Notes under the pieces: generated by a model
Told to the model about the DNA's origin: nothing
The model's database searches: none
What the model saw: the letters and a program-made list of their open reading frames with translations, nothing else
Translations under genes and position numbers: made by a program
Shown: positions 36,894-45,000 of the stretch, one piece after another
Layout of the letters: every line of letters starts with the position of its first letter
Numbering within the stretch: position 1 is the first letter of the stretch
Assembly (NCBI GenBank): GCA_963674695.2
Contig: CAXXGI010000003.1
Span: 480,001 to 544,000 of the forward strand
Source: a bacterium
GTDB lineage: Bacteria; UBA10199; 2-02-FULL-44-16; JAAZCA01
DNA length: 64,000 nucleotides
Direction of reading: 5' to 3'

Positions 36894-36911
36894 TTGCATT
36901 GATCGTGCCAA
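36894..36911 (-). promoter_or_regulatory. Sigma54-type promoter of the phage early operon
   Basis: TTGGCACGATCAATGCAA (GG-N10-GC). Confidence 0.65.
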
Positions 36912-37061
36912 TTTTTGGGCCTTATTTATCAGGTACTTGCGTGACTGGTGGCGCTGCGGATTGGAGCGGTTTTTGTCCAACTTCAAACTCAAGATATGGA
37001 CGGGCAAACTCAAGACGGATTTTGTACACGCTTGATTATCAAGAGGTTTTGATGTAAGTAG

Positions 37062-37089
37062 AGCGGTGTTTTTATATCTTATACGACCC
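37062..37089 (-). other. attR: dif-like site with degenerate XerD arm
   Basis: Minus strand GGGTCGTATAA-GATATA-AAAACACCGCT. Confidence 0.8.
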
Positions 37090-37145
37090 TGTGTCGATAT
37101 CACGAGAGGGCGCGCTTTCAGCCCACATCCACGGAGTGACCGCAC

Positions 37146-39227
37146 ATGTATCGCAGAGCCAACATCGCGCCGGTTTCCGCCCAACAGCAATGCCCTGTAT
37201 CGATCGAGACGAGCCCTGCCGTCGATTACAAGGTCTCGATCCTGCAGCAGAGCGTCACCGCTCTCAAGACGATGCAGCGAACGGATGGCTACTGGTGGTT
37301 TGCGCTCGAGGCCAATGAATCGATCGGCTCGGAGTTCATCTTTCTGATGCACTATCTGGATGAGGTTGACGAATCGATCATGGCTGGCATCGCGCAGCGC
37401 ATTCGGGATATGCAGCGCAGCGATGGCAGCTGGACCCTCTATTATGACGGCCCCGGGCATCTCTCCGCATCGATCGAGTGCTATTTCGCCTTAAAACTCG
37501 CGGGATTCACCGAATCCGACCCGATGATGGCCAAGGCGCGTGACTTCATCAGGGCCAGTGGCGGCATTGAGCGAGCCACAGTCTTCACAAAGATCCACTT
37601 GGCCATGTTTGGGCTGGTGCCCTGGAGTGCCGCGCCCGCCATGCCGGTCGAGTTCATGCTCCTGCCCAGCTGGTTTCCGGTGAACATCTATAGCTTCTCG
37701 AGCTGGGCGCGCGCGACCATCGTGCCGCTGTTGGTCTTCATGTCGGAGCAAAAGACAAAAAAACTGAACAAGAACATTACGTTGGATGAAATCTTTCTGA
37801 ACCGGCCTGATGAGCGCGATTATGCCTTTCACACGGGAAAATCCTTTTTTTCCTGGGAGTCTTGGTTCATTCGGATCGATAAATACTTGAAATGGTACGA
37901 GAAACTCCCTTGGAAGCCGTTGCGTAACTATGCGAAAAAGAAGTGTTTATCCTGGACCTGGGAGCATGTCTCCAAGACGGAGGATATCTATCCGGCCATG
38001 GCCTATGCGGCGTTTGCAGCAAAGGCGGCGGGGTTTGAAAACAGCGATCCGCGCATTCGGCAGCCCTTTGAGGGGCTCAAGATGTTCCAGCAGTATTATG
38101 CGACGGAAGAGCTCGTGCCGATGCCGGACGAGATCCGCGATGACGGGCAGACGCGCCCTTCCGAGCTACGCGCGATGGGCATCGACCCCCGGGTCTCTGA
38201 TGGCGGGTCACGGGTTACGGGTCACGGGTTACGGATCCACCAACAGTGCTGCATCTCGCCGCTCTGGGATACGCCCTGGACGCTCACCGCACTCCTCGAT
38301 GCGGGCACTCCGGCGGATGATCCGGATCTGTTGCGCTCCGGGCGGTGGTTGCTGGCCAAGCAGATTACGGACGTCCGTGGCGATTGGGCGGTGAAAAATC
38401 CGAACGGAGTTCCCGGCGGATGGCCGTTCGAGTTCGAGAACGACTATTTTCCCGACATAGACGATTCGATCCAGATATTATCCGTCCTTCATCGGTTGGC
38501 GCTTTCCGAGGCGGAGACCGAGGGACCCTGCAAGCTGGGGCTCGACTGGGTGCTGTCGATGCAGAACGACGATGGCGGTTGGGGGGCGTTCGACAAGAAT
38601 CAGACGCAGGAGCTGGTCAACCGGATCCCCTTCTCCGACCATAAGGCCTGCCTCGATCCCTCATCCCCCGATATCGCCGGGCGCGTTCTGGAGCTGCTGG
38701 CGGCCTACGGTTTCGCGCAGGATCATCCTGCCGTGGCCCAGGCCCTGAGCTATATCTGGCGGCATCAGGAGTCATTCGGTGGCTGGTTTGCGCGTTGGGG
38801 CATCAACTATATCTATGGAACCTGGTGCGTGCTGACCGGTCTTTCCGCCATCGGGTGGGATATGGACGATCCGCGTGTGCTCAAGGCGATCGGCTGGCTG
38901 CGTTCGGTCCAGAATGCAGATGGCGGGTTTGGCGAGTCGGCCGAGTCGTATGATCGCGGAACCTATGTCCCGCTGGGCGTGAGTACGGCGTCACAGACCG
39001 CCTGGGGGCTGATGGGGCTCGTGGCTGCCGGGCGTGCCGATGCCGGCTGTGCGCGGCGTGCCGCTGAATATCTGCTGAACACGCGCAATCGCGCCGGCGC
39101 CTGGGATGAACAGCACTACACCGGGACGGGATTTCCCGGCCACTTCTACATCCGCTATCACGGTTACCGCCACTTCTTCCCGGTGATCGCCCTGGCCCGC
39201 TATCAACGCGCCGTCGGTGTGCTCTAG
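37146..39227 (+). CDS. shc: Squalene-hopene cyclase
   Basis: PDIDDS (DxDD), QW repeats (QRSDGSW, QNDDGGW, QNADGGF), GTGFPGHFYIRY. Confidence 0.93.
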   Translation: MYRRANIAPVSAQQQCPVSIETSPAVDYKVSILQQSVTALKTMQRTDGYWWFALEANESIGSEFIFLMHYLDEVDESIMAGIAQRIRDMQRSDGSWTLYYDGPGHLSASIECYFALKLAGFTESDPMMAKARDFIRASGGIERATVFTKIHLAMFGLVPWSAAPAMPVEFMLLPSWFPVNIYSFSSWARATIVPLLVFMSEQKTKKLNKNITLDEIFLNRPDERDYAFHTGKSFFSWESWFIRIDKYLKWYEKLPWKPLRNYAKKKCLSWTWEHVSKTEDIYPAMAYAAFAAKAAGFENSDPRIRQPFEGLKMFQQYYATEELVPMPDEIRDDGQTRPSELRAMGIDPRVSDGGSRVTGHGLRIHQQCCISPLWDTPWTLTALLDAGTPADDPDLLRSGRWLLAKQITDVRGDWAVKNPNGVPGGWPFEFENDYFPDIDDSIQILSVLHRLALSEAETEGPCKLGLDWVLSMQNDDGGWGAFDKNQTQELVNRIPFSDHKACLDPSSPDIAGRVLELLAAYGFAQDHPAVAQALSYIWRHQESFGGWFARWGINYIYGTWCVLTGLSAIGWDMDDPRVLKAIGWLRSVQNADGGFGESAESYDRGTYVPLGVSTASQTAWGLMGLVAAGRADAGCARRAAEYLLNTRNRAGAWDEQHYTGTGFPGHFYIRYHGYRHFFPVIALARYQRAVGVL

Positions 39228-39250
39228 CATTTCAAGGGTGTCATTCATAA

Positions 39251-39351
39251 GGTGTCATTCCCGCCCCCGATTCAATCATTCGAGGGCAGGCTCCAGCGGG
39301 AATCTCGCTTTGTACGGCACATCGAGATCCCCGCCTGCGCGGGGATGACAA
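39251..39351. repeat. Composite REP element (long variant)
   Basis: GTCATTCCCGCCCCCGATTCAATCATTCGAGGGCAGGCTCCAGCGGGAATCTCG plus an inverted REP; also at about 41917 and 54273. Confidence 0.85.
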
Positions 39352-39397
39352 AAACAAGGGTTTGTCATCAACCGGAGAACTCTGTCGATTATTCTCT

Positions 39398-39823
39398 TTA
39401 TGCCTTTTCCGCCTTCTTCTTAAAATGCTCGAGCATCGCTGGCACACTCTTCTGCATCAGGCCATCGATGATAGACGATGGAATCCAGCCCGAGAGTTCC
39501 ACCTCGGTTGAAAAGGTCGCCTCCGTCTTTTTCGCCCCCTTCTTTTCGAGTTTCCAGGAACCGATGTTCGATTCCATCATCTCCCCTTCGACGAGCGTCC
39601 AGGTGACGGCCGATGGTTTTTTCATCTTGAAGTCGAGCGTGTAGTTGATCTTCGTCATCATGTTCATGACGAAGGCGACGCGCGCGCCGGTCTTGGTGCT
39701 CTTGAGCACCTCGGCTTCTTCGATCTCGGGGAGAAATTTCGGGTACATGGCAAAATCGCTCACGACGGAGAAGACGTGGTCGATCGGGGCATCGATGATG
39801 GTGGTGGCGCTGACGTTCGGCAT
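39398..39823 (-). CDS. SRPBCC/START (Coq10/RatA-like) protein
   Basis: IDAPIDHVFSVVSDFAMYPKFLP, GSWKL. Confidence 0.85.
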   Translation of the reverse strand: MPNVSATTIIDAPIDHVFSVVSDFAMYPKFLPEIEEAEVLKSTKTGARVAFVMNMMTKINYTLDFKMKKPSAVTWTLVEGEMMESNIGSWKLEKKGAKKTEATFSTEVELSGWIPSSIIDGLMQKSVPAMLEHFKKKAEKA

Positions 39824-39912
39824 GGTGTTCCTTTCGATAACGAAGTCTTGGTTTTTGTCATCCCCGCGTTCGCGGGGATGACACCCTATAAATATAATAA
39901 TGAGGGCATACC

Positions 39913-40917
39913 CTAGGACGTTTGTTCACTCCCCATGTGGAGGTAAATCTTTCCTTCCGGTGTTGTATAGTATGGTTTTCGCTTAAAGTCATGCGTGGCT
40001 TCGATGAACCGAACGGTTCCCGTTTCGGAGCGCATGACGACCGAGTGCGTCGAAGCGCCGCCGCCGTAAAATCGCACGCCTTTGAGAAACGCTCCGTCTG
40101 TGACGCCGGTGGCGGCGAACATCACGTTTCCGGCGGCGAGATCCTCCAGACCGTAGATGCGTTCCAGGTCTTCAATGCCCATGTGGCGGGCGCGTTCTTT
40201 TTCCTGTTCGTTGCGCCACGCGAGCATCCCCTGCATGTCGCCGCCCAGGCAGCGCAGCGCGGCAGCTGCGAGCACGCCCTCGGGCGCGCCTCCGCTGCCC
40301 AGCAGGATGTCGACGCCGGAGTCGGGCTGGCAGGCGGCGATCGCGGCGGAGACATCGCCGTCGTCGATGAGGCGTATGCGTGCGCCGGCCTGGCGCACCT
40401 CCTTGATAAGATTCTCATGCCGCGGCCGGTTGAGGATGATGGCGGTGAGTTCGCGTACTTCGCATCGCTTGGCCTCCGCGACCGCGACGAGGTTCTGTGT
40501 CGGCGTTCGCTTCAGGTCGATCACGCCGCGGCAGTCGGGGCCGACGGCGATCTTCCACATATAGGTATCGGGTGCATGCAGGAAGTTCCCCCGGTCGGCC
40601 ATGGCGATCACCGCCAGCGAATTCTCCTTGCCGGTCGCACAGACGTTTGTCCCCTCGAGCGGGTCGAGCGCGATATCAATCTCGGGGCCTGTGCCATCGC
40701 CGACCTCCTCGCCGATATAGAGCATGGGCGCTTCGTCGCGTTCCCCCTCACCGATGACCACGCGCCCCTGAATGGACATCGAGCCCAGCGAGGTGCGCAT
40801 GGCATCCACGGCGGCCTGATCGGCGGCATCGGAGAGGCCCCGACCCATCAGGCGTGCTGCGGCAAGGGCAGCGGCCTCCGTGACTCGAACCATCTCCAGC
40901 GCCATATTCTTTTCCAT
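39913..40917 (-). CDS. glpX: Class II fructose-1,6-bisphosphatase
   Basis: VVIGEGERDEAPMLYIGE, DPLEGT, GGAPEGV, FAATGVTDG. Confidence 0.95.
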   Translation of the reverse strand: MEKNMALEMVRVTEAAALAAARLMGRGLSDAADQAAVDAMRTSLGSMSIQGRVVIGEGERDEAPMLYIGEEVGDGTGPEIDIALDPLEGTNVCATGKENSLAVIAMADRGNFLHAPDTYMWKIAVGPDCRGVIDLKRTPTQNLVAVAEAKRCEVRELTAIILNRPRHENLIKEVRQAGARIRLIDDGDVSAAIAACQPDSGVDILLGSGGAPEGVLAAAALRCLGGDMQGMLAWRNEQEKERARHMGIEDLERIYGLEDLAAGNVMFAATGVTDGAFLKGVRFYGGGASTHSVVMRSETGTVRFIEATHDFKRKPYYTTPEGKIYLHMGSEQTS

Positions 40918-40927
40918 GGTGCCCTCC

Positions 40928-41815
40928 CTATCTTCCGTGTGCTTCAAGCATCACTTCATCCGCGAGGTATGAACTGCGTACAAAGGGGCCAGCAAAAACG
41001 AATTTGAGCCCGTGCTTTAAACCCATCTGTTCATATTCACGAAAGTGATCCGGCTCGATGTAGCGCGCAACGGCAAGTGCTTTGCGCGATGGCTGCAGGT
41101 ATTGGCCGATGGTGACACAGCTGCATCCAGCGCAGGCAAGATCGCGCAATGCTTCATCGATCTCTTCGTCGGTCTCGCCAAGGCCGACCATGAGCCCCGA
41201 CTTGATGACGGCGTTCGGGAGCTGCTCGCGTGCGCGAGAAAGGACGGCGAGCGAGCAGTCGTAGTCGGCCCGGTTGCGCACCGTCGGGGTGAGGCGTCGT
41301 ACGGTCTCGAGGTTGTGGTTGAAGACATCCGGCTGCGCGGCACAGAGGGCGTCGATATCCCCTCCCCTCCCCTGGAAGTCGGGAGTGAGGATCTCAATCG
41401 TTGTCTTTGGGCAGGCGGCGCGGACGGCGCTGATGGTCTGTGCCAGGTGTGCGGCTCCTCCGTCTGACAGATCGTCGCGCGTCACCGAGGTGATCACGGC
41501 GTGTTTGAGCCCCATCTCTTGGACCTGTTCGGCTACGTGCCGGGGCTCATTCGCGTCGAGCGGGGCCGGATCGCCGTGGGCGACATCGCAGAAGCCGCAG
41601 TGGCGTGTGCAGTTCGGGCCCATGAGGAGGAAGGTGGCGGTGCCGCGTTCGAAACATTCCTGCAGATTGGGGCAGCGGGCCTGCTCGCAGACGGTGTGCA
41701 GCGCCTTTCCCCGCAGGGCAGCCCGCACGCGATGGGCGCTCGATCCGCTACAGCGGCGTTTGCGGAGCCAGGGGGGCAGACGGCCCGATTCAGGATGGAG
41801 CGGCTTTCCAGGCAT
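40928..41815 (-). CDS. lipA: Lipoyl synthase
   Basis: CEQARCPNLQEC, CTRHCGFC, GQYLQP, VRSSY. Confidence 0.95.
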   Translation of the reverse strand: MPGKPLHPESGRLPPWLRKRRCSGSSAHRVRAALRGKALHTVCEQARCPNLQECFERGTATFLLMGPNCTRHCGFCDVAHGDPAPLDANEPRHVAEQVQEMGLKHAVITSVTRDDLSDGGAAHLAQTISAVRAACPKTTIEILTPDFQGRGGDIDALCAAQPDVFNHNLETVRRLTPTVRNRADYDCSLAVLSRAREQLPNAVIKSGLMVGLGETDEEIDEALRDLACAGCSCVTIGQYLQPSRKALAVARYIEPDHFREYEQMGLKHGLKFVFAGPFVRSSYLADEVMLEAHGR

Positions 41816-41916
41816 GGAAAGCCCCATAGCATAGATTGGAGATGCGTCAAAGTGGTCAATATACGACCAGTACGAACGGCCTTCGTAGTGGTGGTGAAAT
41901 AACAAATCCACAAATA

Positions 41917-42015
41917 GTGTCATTCCCGCCCCCGATTCAATCATTCGAGGGCAGGCTCCAGCGGGAATCTCGCTTGAAACAATCAATCGAGATCCCCGCG
42001 TTCGCGGGGATGACA
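41917..42015. repeat. Composite REP element
   Basis: Near-identical to 39251-39351. Confidence 0.85.
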
Positions 42016-42030
42016 AAAACCGGGGTGCGT

Positions 42031-45000
42031 CTATCGTCCTCTCCGCTTCCTCCGTCTGACGCGGACCAGGACCATGGTGCCGCTGGGGAGCAGGAAGGCC
42101 AGGAGCATGAAGCCGAGGGCCGTCCAGGGCACGGGGTTTGGCTCGGTCGCGGCCAGGGCGCAGCCGCCGCCGCCCGCGGGCGACATCGGTTTGCCGCTCA
42201 GGAAGGTCACGCCAGTCGTAACCGGTGCGGGCGCCTCCTGTCCGGCGACGCCATAGACATCCTGGACGATCATGAAGCGATAGCTGTCCTTCTCCTCCCA
42301 GGATGTGGTCGACAGGTTGAGGAAGATGTTGGGGTTGCCCCGGCCGAAGCGCTCGGTGAGCATCTCGAGTTCCTCGAAGACGATCTCCTTATCATGCTGC
42401 TGGTTCTCGATGTACATATCCTCTTCGCTGGCATACCCCAGATCGCGATAGTCGGTCGCACCCTCGGTCCCCTGCGAAGATCCCACGCGGGGCAGTTCTG
42501 GGATGTTCAGCATCCACATCACCGATCCGGCGCCTGCTGGTCCTTCGCTCGTTGCATCGTCTGGAGCACTAGTCATGTCGATGCTCGGGAGTTCGCGGAA
42601 GGTCGGGCGTTCGACCGCCGAACCCATCACCACCTGGATGTCGGGCGGCACGGCGATGATCTTTACGGAGGCACGGTCGTTCACGATCATCTCGTTCGGA
42701 TTGATGCGTGTGAGTTTTTCCACCGGCATCTGTTCGACGCCGCCGAAGGAACTCAAATCCGGCATGATGGTGAGCGCCTTGATCAGATCGCCCTTGGCCG
42801 TATCCGGCGCAGGGGCCTCGGTGGGCACGATGATCTCCGGCTGACGGACGATGGCAATCCGATTGGACTCCGGCGTGGTCAGCTGCAGGCCTGTCATCTG
42901 GACGAGCGCTCCGGGTCGGATGTTGCCATTGCGATCCGGGTCGGCCGATCCGGAGAGCGACAGCGAGAGTTCCTGACGCGGAACGGTTGGTGCGGAGGCG
43001 TCTTTGATGACGCAGGCACAGGCTATCGTGTCGCCTTCGCCGATGAAGAGGTCATAGCCGACAACGCCCGTGATCTCCTGGACGCGTCGGTTGAGCTCCT
43101 TGAGCTCCTCGTCCGTGCTGTTCGACGAGCAGACGCAGCGGCCCGGATCGGCCTCGGCACGGCCAGCGTTCTGGCAGCGGCAGTTGGAGCAGAACTCGTT
43201 ATCCTCGCAGTCATTGTCTTGTTCGCACTGCTCGCCTTCCTCCAGCACGGCGTTGCCGCAGACGATGTTCGAAGGTTCACAGGCACAGGCGTCGGTGCAG
43301 ATCTCGCCTTCGCGGCAGCCCTCGCCCGCGTCGCAGATCTCACCCACATCCCAGGTGCCATTTCCGCAGACCGGTTCTGGTGTGACACAATGGCAGCTCT
43401 CGTCGCAGTTTTGGAGGTCGGAACAAGTGTTGAATCCGGGCTCACCGCACTGTTCGCCCTCTTCGATGAAGCCGTTGCCGCAGCCCGGCGTGATACAGCG
43501 GCAATCTCGGCAGTCCTGCCCGGAAGCGCATTCGAGGCCCAGTTCGCCGCACTGTTCGCCTTCATCGGCCGAGCCATCGCCGCAGCTCGGCGTGTGGCAC
43601 TGGCAGGTGTCTTCATTACAGATCTGTCCATCGCCGCAGGTGAGAGCGCCATCGCGGCACTGCTCGCCGGGATCGGCGACGTCGTTTCCGCAAACAGGCG
43701 TCAGACACTGGCATCCACTACAGTAGTCGCCATCCGGACAGTCGGCGTTGGATTCGCACACTTCATCCCCTTCGACGACTCCGTCTCCACATGCGGCCAA
43801 TCGGCAATGACACCCGTCGCAGACCTGATTGAGGGCAAAGGTGCAATCGGTGTCCTGTTCGCACTCCTCGTGGGATTCTTCAATCTTTCCGTTTCCACAA
43901 GCGGCATCGGTGTATTCGCATGCACACGATGCATTGCAGGCAAAGCCCGTGGCGCAGTTGCCGAACTCGGTGCCGTCGCATTCTTCACCCTTTTCAACAA
44001 CATTGTTTCCGCAGACGACATCGCAGTCGTTGTCGTTTGTGGAATCGCAGCCCTCTGCGCAACAGCCGTCGTCATTCGCGCAGGCGGTGATCAATTCATT
44101 CAGGCACTCGCCGTTTGCGGTACGACAGGTATCGATTGTGCAGGCATTATCATCAGTGCAGTCCTTCTCGACTTCATTGTCACAGGTTCCCCCAGCGGTG
44201 CACGTGCCGTTGACGAGACAGAGGTTTGTGCTGTTGTTGGTGCATTCAACGCCCTCGTTCGCAAGTGCAAATCCACAGCCATTTTCCAGCGTGCAGATGG
44301 AGACATGGCAGACTTCAGCGGCATCCGGGCAGACGTTTCCGGTTCCGCCCACACACTCGCCGGCATCATTACAGGTGGTGCCATCGGTGCAGGGGTTGCT
44401 GTCATCGCAGCTCTGGCCGATGCTTGCGGGATCCGGTTGTGGTTTGCAGATTCCGTCGGCTTCGTCACAGAGTGAAACAGTGCACTCACCGGTATCAGCG
44501 CAGCTCTTCGATTTGCCTGCGCATTCACCGTTGCTGCAGATATCATTTTCGGTGCAGTGATTTCCATCGTTGCAGAAAGCGGTGTTATTCGTATAGTAGC
44601 AACCGTTGTGTGCGAGATCGCAGGCATCAGCTGTGCAGACGTTTCCGTCGTCACAATTGTGAGCGGTTGAGATGCATTGGCCAGATGCATTGCATGCTCC
44701 GTCCATGCACGGATCGTCGAGCGCACAGTCAGTGCCTTGCTCCTTGGGCTCCGCCGCCGGACAGCTTCCATCGGTGGAACAGGTGACCGCCAGGGTGCAC
44801 TCTGTCTCACCTGCACATACCTCTCCGGGCACACACTCGCACCGGTTCTCATTGAGCCGGCAGGATCCCTCGCTACACTGATCGACCGTGCAGGCCAGTT
44901 CATCGAGATCGCACGGGAGCGTATTGTTGGTGACGGTGCAACCCGATGCGGGATTGCAGGAATCGGTCGTGCAGATATTGCCGTCATCGCATTCAACAGG

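Larger units (their letters stand above)
2064..37087 (-). mobile_element. Podovirus-like prophage (~35 kb) integrated at dif, no integrase gene visible
   Basis: Terminase, portal, scaffold, capsid, tail tubular, ejection, lysis and replication genes; no tape measure; visibly lower GC; no host REPs; 15-bp direct repeat at 2064-2078 and 37073-37087. Confidence 0.9.

Noticed and set aside
36498-37460. 320-aa minus-strand ORF across attR as a possible integrase
   Set aside because: Spans the phage/host junction, is antisense to shc and has no recombinase motifs
41836-44475. 879-aa plus-strand ORF and similar long antisense ORFs (39922-41007, 50840-52777, 52790-53974, 59850-61226)
   Set aside because: Shadow frames opposite well-supported genes in GC-rich DNA
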